This document shows positions 38,636 to 46,997 of a DNA stretch of 64,000 bases, one piece after another. The notes beneath the pieces are model-generated. The model was given only the letters and a program-made list of their open reading frames with translations, had not been told where the DNA came from and ran no database searches. The stretch is from contig JAQVMW010000005.1 in the NCBI GenBank assembly GCA_028703445.1, forward strand, positions 21,666 through 85,665, in the 5' to 3' direction. The first letter of the stretch is position 1. Each line of letters opens with the position of its first letter. This DNA is from Candidatus Peribacteraceae bacterium (GTDB lineage: Bacteria > Patescibacteriota > Gracilibacteria > Peribacterales > Peribacteraceae). Position numbers and translations under genes: made by a program.

Positions 38636-38855
38636 CCCACTTCGCCTTGCTCTGCCAGAGCAACAGTACGGAATGTATGAACGTTCGTCGAAGGAAACAT
38701 TCGACTACGTTCAGGGCAGACAGCTCTCGTCTAAAATCCCCAATATTCCAATCCTTAATCCCTCTTTCGATCGTGCGCGATCATCCATCCGGCTTCGTTC
38801 GTCCTCGCTTCGTTCGGACGAAACTACGCCGCGATTCTCCTCTCCCTAAGCCGGG

Positions 38856-39629
38856 CTAAGTTCTTTTCTGGTCGTGAGCGATGACCCAAGCATCCACACG
38901 CGTCACGCCAGCCTCCTTGAGCGTCTTGGCGCATTCCTCGAGCGTTGCCCCCGTCGTCGAGAGGTCGTCGATGAGGATGACGTGCTGCGGAGGACGATCT
39001 GCCATGCAATGGAATGCGCCCGTCACACCTGTGAGCCGGTCAGCGCGCGATCGCTTCATCTGTGACCCTGTCCAGCGCCTGCGCTTCAGGAGCGGCAGAA
39101 CAGTGAGTCCCCGCTCTCTGGCAACGACACGAGCGAGAAGCTCAGACTGGTTGAACCCGCGCTGGAACCGACGGATCCAGTGCAGCGGAACAGGACAGAG
39201 AACGATTTCGCGGGATGGTAACCTACGGTTTCCCTCCCGCGAACCCACCCTTCCCTCAAAGGTACGGCTCCAACGCCGGGTCCCGTCAGAGCCACCCAGC
39301 GTTTCGCCGTGATTGTTTTTTGTGATCTGAAAAGAATGATCACTCTCGGCGAGTGCCTGCACGATGAGCCGGGCAAGCTCTTTATCCAACCATCGAACAT
39401 GTCCGTACTTGAACGTGTGAATGGCTTTCTTCAAGAGCGGTGAATCCGCATACGTGCTCGCGGCGACGAGACGATCCAGAGAGTGGATACCGCGACGACG
39501 GAGGTCAGCAGTCTCTTCGATCACCGGATGAGGAACGAGTTTGCTCCGCTCCTGCTCCGTGATCCACTCCCCTTCCGCTCCCATAAGGGAACGGCGGGGA
39601 AAGAGGAGATCGAGGAAGAGCTGCCACAT
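38856..39629 (-). CDS. comF: ComF-family phosphoribosyltransferase-like protein
   Basis: N-terminal MWQLFLDLLFPRR, CPVPLH...RGFNQSELLAR and the PRTase motif VILIDDLSTTGATL. Confidence 0.8.
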   Translation of the reverse strand: MWQLFLDLLFPRRSLMGAEGEWITEQERSKLVPHPVIEETADLRRRGIHSLDRLVAASTYADSPLLKKAIHTFKYGHVRWLDKELARLIVQALAESDHSFQITKNNHGETLGGSDGTRRWSRTFEGRVGSREGNRRLPSREIVLCPVPLHWIRRFQRGFNQSELLARVVARERGLTVLPLLKRRRWTGSQMKRSRADRLTGVTGAFHCMADRPPQHVILIDDLSTTGATLEECAKTLKEAGVTRVDAWVIAHDQKRT

Positions 39630-39649
39630 GCGGAAAAGTGTACAACTTC
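39589..39649. repeat. 61-nt direct repeat, copy A (comF start region)
   Basis: 54/61 identical to 40219-40279, with the 26-nt perfect core gagatcgaggaagagctgccacatgc. Confidence 0.9.
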
Positions 39650-40154
39650 ACGGTGCTGGTTCCACTACCGATTTGCCGTCAGTGGCGGCGACCACCCTCC
39701 CCGGGAAAGAGATATTTGGAAACAAACCGAGCAAATCGCGGAGGACGGACCGATCTCCTTGGTACGGCAAGTCATCCCGGAATGTATATGAGTGGGCCAA
39801 GAGAAAAGCACCACAGAAAGCCGGAAAGTTGCCTCCTCGCAGATCAAACTGAAAGGGCAAATCAAAACGTTCGTGGGCGATGATGCGCAGAAGCACTGCA
39901 CGCATGCGTGCCGCAACATCATCCCGAATTATATTTTTGTCGCACAGCGCCACCAATTTGTCGAAGTGGGCAAGTCGTGGATCATCGAGATGAACGGATA
40001 GAGCATCGCAGAGAGCCCAACGTATCATCTCAATACCTTTTTGCAAGGCATGTTGCCCCCCTGCTTCGAAGATCCGCATCTGCGCTACCCCAGCCAGAGC
40101 AGCCTCAATCCGCTGAATATCTGTGCACAGTTCTTCCGCAGTATCGGGAGACAT
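39648..40154 (-). CDS. hypothetical protein (168 aa) inside the repeat-bracketed insertion
   Basis: ORF only. Confidence 0.5.
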   Translation of the reverse strand: MSPDTAEELCTDIQRIEAALAGVAQMRIFEAGGQHALQKGIEMIRWALCDALSVHLDDPRLAHFDKLVALCDKNIIRDDVAARMRAVLLRIIAHERFDLPFQFDLRGGNFPAFCGAFLLAHSYTFRDDLPYQGDRSVLRDLLGLFPNISFPGRVVAATDGKSVVEPAP

Positions 40155-40218
40155 TGGAATGGGATTGTAGCGAGGAACCCATTCGCGTCAACCTTGGCAT
40201 CTTCCGCACCCAAAAAGA

Positions 40219-40279
40219 GAACGGCGAGGGAAGAAGAGATCGAGGAAGAGCTGCCACATGCCAAAAAGTGTACCTCTTC
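40219..40279 (-). pseudogene. duplicated comF 5' fragment (direct repeat copy B)
   Basis: Encodes MWQLFLDLFFPRRSLFGCGRCQG, then a stop. Confidence 0.8.
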
Positions 40280-40344
40280 TATAGTCACTTTCTATCGAAT
40301 TGATGGACGAAAATGGATGATGTCCGAACTCAAACAAACAGGGC

Positions 40345-40473
40345 AGTTCGACTTCGCTGCTGCTTTCGCTCACTGTCATTCGACTCGCGTCATCACTGAG
40401 AATGGCCCGATGCCCAACGAGCCGAGGACCATGAGCGAGCACTGAGGAGCAAAGCGACGAAGTGCGAGTCGAA
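40345..40473 (-). repeat. conserved tRNA 3'-trailer element (copy 2)
   Basis: Read on the minus strand from the tRNA-Val CCA: ttcgactcg...ctcgctcatgg...cgagtcgaatgacagtgagcgaa...gtcgaa. Collinear with 8279-8390. Confidence 0.75.
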
Positions 40474-40550
40474 TGGTGGGCAGTACTGGATTCGAACCAG
40501 TGACCTCCGCGATGTCAACGCGACGCTCTAACCAACTGAGCTAACTGCCC
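40474..40550 (-). tRNA. tRNA-Val (GAC)
   Basis: Reverse complement reads gggcagttagctcagttggttagagc...ttgacat...ggttcgaatccagtactgcccacca. Confidence 0.9.
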
Positions 40551-40680
40551 GTTTTTTAGCGTTCGAAGGGTACCAAGAGAGCTCATAGGTCACAAGCAAG
40601 TCCACCGTGATCTCATCGGGAGGCGCGCATCGCGGGATCACGAATTGCAAACTGGAAAACATACAGAAACAAAACCGGTT

Positions 40681-40790
40681 GGAAGGGAGGGACCGGAGGG
40701 GAGGGAAACCCGCGGGTTTCCCTCCCAGTTTGGGTTAGGAGGGTGAGGGGGGTGTCGGGGGGCCGAGGGAACCGAACAAGGTTCCTTAAG
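40681..40790. repeat. G-rich fragment related to the GC-rich palindrome family
   Basis: Perfect palindrome gggagggaaacccgcgggtttccctccc, plus ggagggtgagggggg. Confidence 0.6.
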
Positions 40791-41040
40791 CCCCCTGACA
40801 AAAGAAATTGATTCATACGAACATCAACGAGGAAATGGTCCCCTCTTTGTCGCCGGACAAAGGTGGCAAAGATCGCAGTCGCAAACATGACAGAAGATGA
40901 ACAGGAATTGCAGATTATTTGGCTCTAATAAGCCGCAAAATCAAATAATTGTTTAAATCATAGTTCAAAGATTCGGCAACTCCCCTCCATGGGCAGAATG
41001 CCGTTTTTCCGCTAGAATAGAAGGATTTATACACACACCT

Positions 41041-41505
41041 ATGACAGACACCCACATCCTCATCAGCTGGACCGCTCCCGAGCGTCCCCCGCACAACCGG
41101 GGAAAGCGTTGGTACCTGCTCGCCGGACTCGTAGCAGCACTGTTCCTCATCTATGCGCTGTACACGCAAGCCTGGACATTTGCCATCGTGATCGTACTGC
41201 TCGCGGTCACCTACGGCCTCATCCATGGCAAACCCCCCATCACGCACACCGTGCAGGTTTCCAATCAGGGACTGCAGTGGGACAAACGTCTGTATCCATG
41301 GAGTGATTTCAATAATTTCTGGATGTTGCAGGGACAGGGCTACGCGGAGCTGCACATCGATCGCAAGGGACCGGGGCAATTGATCGTGCAAACGGGAGAC
41401 TGCGTCCCCTCAGAAATCGCCGCGGCACTCGCGCAATTCATTCCACCCATCTTCGATCGACGTGAAAGTATACTTGACTACATAATTCGTATCTGTAAAC
41501 TTTGA
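41041..41505 (+). CDS. small membrane protein (two TM plus soluble, possibly PH-like, domain)
   Basis: RWYLLAGLVAALFLIYALYTQAWTFAIVIVLLAVTYGLI. Its stop lies 1 nt before the next start. Confidence 0.6.
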   Translation: MTDTHILISWTAPERPPHNRGKRWYLLAGLVAALFLIYALYTQAWTFAIVIVLLAVTYGLIHGKPPITHTVQVSNQGLQWDKRLYPWSDFNNFWMLQGQGYAELHIDRKGPGQLIVQTGDCVPSEIAAALAQFIPPIFDRRESILDYIIRICKL

Positions 41506-41506
41506 G

Positions 41507-44500
41507 ATGCTGAGCCTCTACGCTCTCATGCGCTTTGCCCTCAGCCGCTCTCCCCTCCGGGAGCAGCGCGAACTCCTGTTCGCAAAACCCGATCCGAATG
41601 ATCCGAAGAATCCTCCAGTTCCCGAAAACGAACAACACGAGGAAGACGGGAACCCGGAAACGAACCGTACCCTCGACGATGAACGTCTGGTAGAACGTGA
41701 GACAAAAGATACCGGTGCACAGATCTCCTCGATCATCCGCACCTTAGACAGTCAGGAGATTTTTGAACGTCTGGGCGCAGAATTGAAGAATGGAAATGGA
41801 GAAGTTTTTGATCGTCTGTTCACCCATGAAGAGTCGACGAAAGGAATTGATCTCTCCTCCATCGCAACGAGGTCAGGGATCGCGATCTACATGTCGGAGC
41901 GGGAATCTGTCCTTCCGCAGGGAAACCCGCGTGAAGTCTTCTCCGCCATCCTCGACTTCGATACGAAAGATGGATTGCCCATCGGCGCGAAGCGGACATT
42001 CATCGAGATGCTCCTGCGCGCATCCCCCTGCATCACCGCTGCGTTCGCGCGATCGACCGTCACGCGCATCCAAGACTACGAGGAACAGCAGGCCGCCATC
42101 GAAACCGCCCGAAAGCGCTTTGAAGAGGAAGAGATGCTCGGCAAGATCGGCACAGAGGGAATGACAGTGGCATCGCGCTTAAGTCTCGGGGAGATCCCCA
42201 CCATCCAGGATGCCGTCAACGAGATCGGCGCGAAGCGGCCGCTCAGCATGGATCAGGTGCGCGAACTCTACACCACACTCGACAACGTGAGTGAGGCGAT
42301 GCGCAAGACGAGAGAATTCGGCAACCGGTACTGGGGTACCGTAGAGGTGATCCCGGCGGAGCAGGACGAAAAACGTAAACTGGAGTATCTGACACATCTC
42401 AAGGAGCAGGCGCGCGATCTTGCGCGACTCCTCTCGATTCAATTGAGGCTTGGTGCACAGGAGACCGTGCAGGGTCTTGAGGAAGGCGCGGCGACGGCCA
42501 TGAAGCAGCCAAAGGCAAAAGGCATGGAAGATGAAATTCAGAGGAGCGCGGCGGATCCGGGCATGCGCGCCCTCAAACTCATCGCCAAAGTGGATGATCC
42601 GGAGCACGACCTCGTGCAGGATCCCAACAATGCAAATTTCACCTCTCTCTCGGATGCATTCCTCCGTGAAGCGGAACAACACCTCGCCACTCTCGCATCC
42701 ATCCAGGGAGACGCCGGTCAGCTCCTGACACGCTGGAAGAGCCCGGAGGGCTTCAAAGACGAAACGCGCGACCGGCAGGAACGACGCGCATGGGCAGGAC
42801 GCTGTCTCGAAATGCTCGAAACGGTGCTCACGGATACGGATCTCTCGCAAGGGACGCGCGGTTCGCTCGAACGATTGCAGGAACAGTTGCAGGATCCCAG
42901 GGTCCTCGATGCGTTCAGTGAGGAGGAAATGGCGCGCGAGGAGTACGTGCTCGGCATCCTGCATGACCGGGGAGAGCGCGCATTCGTGGAAGCGGAGCGC
43001 GAGGGACGCGCCATCGAGCAAACGGTCAATCAGGAGATAGAACAATCATCCCTCGTTGCGTGGGCGGCGGAGCGGCAGCGGGAAGTGACGGCCTTGGAAG
43101 GGAGCCTCACGGCGCTGCTCACGCACCCGGTCTGCACGGAACTCAACGTGAACGAACAACTGCAGGAATACGCGCGCGATCTGCATGGACACCTGGACCT
43201 GCTAACGGAGGAGAAAATCCCCGCAGAGCGCAGGCAGGAAATGGCGGGGCGCATCGGAACGCAGATACAGCACTGGCGCACGGCTCTGGAGCGTGTTCGC
43301 GCGCTCGAGCAGGCGACGCAGAGCCCGATCCCGCCGCAGGGGAATGCACTCGTCGTCTTCCTCGAAGGCGCACAGTACCAGGCCAAATTCAAGCTGGCCT
43401 CCTCCCGCGCCTGCTACGACAAAGGGCGGATCTTCATCCGCAGGACTCCGGACCTGACTCCGCAGGAAACCGACCGGCTCGTGCGGCACGAGAAGGCACA
43501 CGCCCTCTTAGATATTCTCTCCGATCAATCGCACCTGCTGCCCGAGCTCATGGAATCGGCTTTCGGCGAATTGGCCACCGAAAACTGGGAACTCCTCGAG
43601 CAACAGAGGGAACGCTGGGGAGTACCGACGAAAGAAGAGATCCGTGCCGAGTACCGCCGCCTGAATCCCGGTCTGCCAGAAGCCCTGCTCAACGCACGGG
43701 CGGATGCGCACTATCGCCGCCTGCTCCAAAACGAGGCCGCGGTGAGCGGGGCGCTGGCGGCACCCGGGCATGCGGACCGCACGATCCTGGATCAGCTCAG
43801 GCCTTCCGCGGAGGGTGGCGTCACCGCGCCGGAATTCACCCTGCACGAGACGGATGAACCGCCCATCGACGTGGATGCGGAGGCCATGTCACAGGCTCCT
43901 GCAGCCACCGGCGCCTACGACGCGCACGAGGATCTGGAAGCCATCGAACGGATGGTCGACGCCATCAAGACCTTCGGGGACGCCTACGGCACACGCGATC
44001 CAAATGGAACGAGCCGGCACTTCGACCCGCGCTTGAAGCAGCAGGCGGATGCGATTGTGGAGGGGGATGGCGGCTATCTGGATGTCTTCAACGAACTGAA
44101 TCATATCCACGCCAACGGAGAAACGCGCGCCGGAGTGGCGGTGGATCCGCAGTACAACACGGAGTACCGGAAAACCGTTCTGCGATTCAAAGAGCACGTC
44201 AAGAAAACCCATGATCAGGTGGATGCGATGGAAAAGAAATTCGCGGAGATCGCGGAGGAGCCGGCGTCGAAGAAGCGGACAATCTCGGAGAAACTGGGCA
44301 TCCGTTGGCTCTGCATCCTGGATATCATGCGCATCTTCAAGGAATTCAAGGAGGACGTGGAAGGCATCTGGCACTCCATCCAGGATCAGAAAACGGCTGA
44401 TACCAAGGCAGGATGGACGAAGAGGCTGCCCGTCTACATCCCCGGCACCAACATCAAGATCCCCATCATCGGCAAGTACACCGAGCGCCTGCCGCACTAC

Positions 44501-46084
44501 ACGGAGCGCGCCCGCAACAGCAAGGAACTCGAACGTGTGAAGAAGTGGGAAGATTCCTTTACGAACCTCGATGCAGAGGAACTCTTAAAGGTCATCGGCG
44601 AGACACCCACCCGCGACCAGCTGCGCGCCAGTATCGAACTGCTCGTGAAGAAAGGCCGCATGAACTGGGGGGATCACCGCGTCTGGAAAGCCCTCAATCA
44701 AAAATCAAAGTACGAAATGCCCATTGTCCCCTGTGAGCGGGATGAGACGCTGCGTGATAAGTGGCTGCACAAACTCATCAGCGACATCTGGCTCGACAAG
44801 GATATGTTCAACGAATGGATGACGGGCAACAGCGGCAACTTCGACAAGCACAAACAGTCCTACACGCACGAAGCGGATAACTTCGCCAACATCGCGGGCA
44901 AGACGGCCTACGAGCTGCACATCATGCTGAAGACCTATGTCGAGTGTACCACCGCCAAGCCCAAAAAACCGCTCCCCGAAGAGGTGAACCCCCACCATTT
45001 CGAAGAACTGCTCGTCTACTCCATGCGCAACGGCAAGATGAGCATGGAGCAGAAGATCTACTACCTGATCCAGGGTGTCGCCTCCGGATTTTTGACCCTG
45101 GAGCGGCTGCGCGCCATCGCGGGCGAGAAGGGAGGCGTTCTGCTCAAATTCCCTTTCCTGGACTACTTCTACCAGCGCCACAACACCCTCCCCGAAATCC
45201 GCTCTATCGCAGCACGCATTACGGAACGCGGTCCCGACGGCAAATCCACCTTCCTGCCCGGTGCCAAGACGACGATGTTCATGCGCCTCGTGATCCTCCG
45301 CGATCAGAAAGCCCTCGAACGCATTTCCAAGGCACTGGACAAGGGCGCGGAAGGACTCGACCACGAAGATATCCCGTACCTCGCCACCGAAATCGACTGG
45401 GTGAAGATGACAAGCCTGCTCGGCGTGATGAGCGGCGCCCGATCCAAAGTCTCCAAGGAAGGCTGGAAGAACGCCTACGTCGGATTCAACGAGAAATTCA
45501 AGGTCTACGCGAATCTCGCCCGTCTCTCGCAGGAAAAGAAAGCAATGATGACCGACGGGGATGTCCGCAACCTGGCTCAGTCCATCGGCGCCTACATCGT
45601 CATGGATAACCAGATGATGCGCGCGACGGATCTCAAAGCGGGACAAATTTCGCTCTCCTCTGAAGCACTGGAAATCGAACGTCCGGTGGCGAACCCCGCC
45701 CTGCGCACAGCGGACTACCGAAACCGCACGAGGGATTTCGTGTGGGAACTGGCCCATGCCATCGGGATGCAGGACAGCGACCTCGGGGTCCCGGGCATCA
45801 CTCTTGAACATTTCCTCAGTAACCCGAATCGAGACAAGAAACCGGTTCCTCCCGATCTCATCAAAAAACTCGACGAAGCGAAGGAGCCGTTCATTCATGC
45901 ATTGACGCAGAAGATCGTTGCCAATCCGGATACGCTCATTCAGATGCTGGCGCAATTTGAAGGAGGATCCTTGTCCAATGGCCAAAAATTCCTCGACAGC
46001 CAGACCGAAGACCTCAACGAACAAAATATGAATAAATACTACGGCGAATTCTCAAAGCGCTATCGTTCGATCATCGGGCAGTAA
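41507..46084 (+). CDS. giant hypothetical protein (1525 aa) with a single HExxH motif
   Basis: Uninterrupted ORF. HEKAH at 43487-43501 (residues 661-665) in the context IFIRRTPDLTPQETDRLVRHEKAHALLD. No TM helix or signal peptide seen. Confidence 0.85.
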   Translation: MLSLYALMRFALSRSPLREQRELLFAKPDPNDPKNPPVPENEQHEEDGNPETNRTLDDERLVERETKDTGAQISSIIRTLDSQEIFERLGAELKNGNGEVFDRLFTHEESTKGIDLSSIATRSGIAIYMSERESVLPQGNPREVFSAILDFDTKDGLPIGAKRTFIEMLLRASPCITAAFARSTVTRIQDYEEQQAAIETARKRFEEEEMLGKIGTEGMTVASRLSLGEIPTIQDAVNEIGAKRPLSMDQVRELYTTLDNVSEAMRKTREFGNRYWGTVEVIPAEQDEKRKLEYLTHLKEQARDLARLLSIQLRLGAQETVQGLEEGAATAMKQPKAKGMEDEIQRSAADPGMRALKLIAKVDDPEHDLVQDPNNANFTSLSDAFLREAEQHLATLASIQGDAGQLLTRWKSPEGFKDETRDRQERRAWAGRCLEMLETVLTDTDLSQGTRGSLERLQEQLQDPRVLDAFSEEEMAREEYVLGILHDRGERAFVEAEREGRAIEQTVNQEIEQSSLVAWAAERQREVTALEGSLTALLTHPVCTELNVNEQLQEYARDLHGHLDLLTEEKIPAERRQEMAGRIGTQIQHWRTALERVRALEQATQSPIPPQGNALVVFLEGAQYQAKFKLASSRACYDKGRIFIRRTPDLTPQETDRLVRHEKAHALLDILSDQSHLLPELMESAFGELATENWELLEQQRERWGVPTKEEIRAEYRRLNPGLPEALLNARADAHYRRLLQNEAAVSGALAAPGHADRTILDQLRPSAEGGVTAPEFTLHETDEPPIDVDAEAMSQAPAATGAYDAHEDLEAIERMVDAIKTFGDAYGTRDPNGTSRHFDPRLKQQADAIVEGDGGYLDVFNELNHIHANGETRAGVAVDPQYNTEYRKTVLRFKEHVKKTHDQVDAMEKKFAEIAEEPASKKRTISEKLGIRWLCILDIMRIFKEFKEDVEGIWHSIQDQKTADTKAGWTKRLPVYIPGTNIKIPIIGKYTERLPHYTERARNSKELERVKKWEDSFTNLDAEELLKVIGETPTRDQLRASIELLVKKGRMNWGDHRVWKALNQKSKYEMPIVPCERDETLRDKWLHKLISDIWLDKDMFNEWMTGNSGNFDKHKQSYTHEADNFANIAGKTAYELHIMLKTYVECTTAKPKKPLPEEVNPHHFEELLVYSMRNGKMSMEQKIYYLIQGVASGFLTLERLRAIAGEKGGVLLKFPFLDYFYQRHNTLPEIRSIAARITERGPDGKSTFLPGAKTTMFMRLVILRDQKALERISKALDKGAEGLDHEDIPYLATEIDWVKMTSLLGVMSGARSKVSKEGWKNAYVGFNEKFKVYANLARLSQEKKAMMTDGDVRNLAQSIGAYIVMDNQMMRATDLKAGQISLSSEALEIERPVANPALRTADYRNRTRDFVWELAHAIGMQDSDLGVPGITLEHFLSNPNRDKKPVPPDLIKKLDEAKEPFIHALTQKIVANPDTLIQMLAQFEGGSLSNGQKFLDSQTEDLNEQNMNKYYGEFSKRYRSIIGQ

Positions 46085-46122
46085 GGCTTGCTCCTGTCCC
46101 TTGTCGCGCGCATTCTGCCCGC

Positions 46123-46572
46123 ATGCAGGTCGCCATTCAGCGTATCGATACGTCCCTTCCCCTCCCCCGCTACGAGTCGGCCGGAGCAGTCGGCTTTGAC
46201 CTGATCACGCGCGAGACCACGGTAATCGAATCGGGGAAGATCGCGCTGGTGCCCGGCAACGTCATCGTGAAGGTGCCCGAGGGCTACGCGCTCCTGATCC
46301 TCCCGCGCTCCTCCCTCCCCCGAAAGAAGGCGCTCGTCTGCCCGCACAGTATCGGCGTGATCGACTGCGACTACCACGGAGAGGAGGACGAGATCAAAGT
46401 GCAGGTGCAGAACATCTCCAATATGCCTGTGACCGTGGAAAAGGGCGAACGCATCGCGCAGGGGATGTTCGTGCGGGTGGACCGTGCCGAGTGGGAGGAA
46501 GTGGATGGCCACGGAGCCCAGACGCGCGGAGGGTTCGGATCGACGGGGGAAGGACTTGGGACGAAGGACTAA
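46123..46572 (+). CDS. dut: dUTP diphosphatase
   Basis: GAVGFDL, PRSS, GVIDCDYHGE and GGFGSTG motifs. The last codons are encoded by a low-complexity repeat arm. Confidence 0.9.
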   Translation: MQVAIQRIDTSLPLPRYESAGAVGFDLITRETTVIESGKIALVPGNVIVKVPEGYALLILPRSSLPRKKALVCPHSIGVIDCDYHGEEDEIKVQVQNISNMPVTVEKGERIAQGMFVRVDRAEWEEVDGHGAQTRGGFGSTGEGLGTKD

Positions 46573-46997
46573 GGACGAAGGAAGAACAATTACTGCGCTT
46601 TGTTGAGTTGGTCCATTTTTGTGATGAGGGAATTCACGAGTCGCTGCACTTCACGACAGTCCTGAAGAAGATCATCGTGTTGCTCGCTCGTAAGGTAGTC
46701 GACTCCTCGACAGTAATACAAGAAACTCATTACTTCAGTAAGTTCTCCTCGAGCCTGAACATACTTATGCATCTTATCGGCATAGGTGTACCGGCCAAAT
46801 CCCTCTGCGATATTCGCTGCAACCGAAAGAATGGCACGACGGAGCTGCGATGTCACTCCGTACATTTCCTCTTTCGGAAATTCTCGTGTCACCCGATGAA
46901 TTTTGATCGCAAGAGCCATCGCTTTCTGCCAAGGCCCGAACATCGTGAAGTCCTTTTCCATAACCTTTAGTCCTTAGTCCTTTCCCCTTCGTCCTAT
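46549..46997. repeat. inverted low-complexity arms bracketing the four-helix-bundle gene
   Basis: aaggactaaggac (46564-46576) is the perfect reverse complement of gtccttagtcctt (46970-46982). The flanking ggacgaagg/ccttcgtcc words extend both arms. Confidence 0.85.
46590..46961 (-). CDS. four-helix-bundle protein (23S rRNA intervening-sequence protein / Avd-like family)
   Basis: ...LAIKIHRVTREFPKEEMYGVTSQLRRAILSVAANIAEGFGR...ARGELTEV... is the characteristic family pattern. Confidence 0.85.
   Translation of the reverse strand: MEKDFTMFGPWQKAMALAIKIHRVTREFPKEEMYGVTSQLRRAILSVAANIAEGFGRYTYADKMHKYVQARGELTEVMSFLYYCRGVDYLTSEQHDDLLQDCREVQRLVNSLITKMDQLNKAQ

Noticed and set aside
35834-38855. An origin of replication adjacent to dnaA.
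   Set aside because: Only two 8/9 DnaA-box-like sites (38610-38635) were found. No box cluster and no AT-rich unwinding element are present, and dnaN is not adjacent. GC skew cannot be computed here.
40551-41040. A hidden ncRNA (SRP RNA, RNase P, tmRNA) or the listed ORFs 40613-40888 and 40915-41391 in the 490-nt spacer.
   Set aside because: No conserved cores of these RNAs were recognised on either strand. ORF 40915-41391 overlaps the better-supported + strand gene, and ORF 40613-40888 translates the G-rich repeat fragment.
46590-46961. The Avd-like four-helix-bundle gene as a marker of a diversity-generating retroelement.
   Set aside because: No reverse transcriptase ORF and no template/variable repeat pair (near-identical ~100-bp repeats differing at A positions) is visible in this window.
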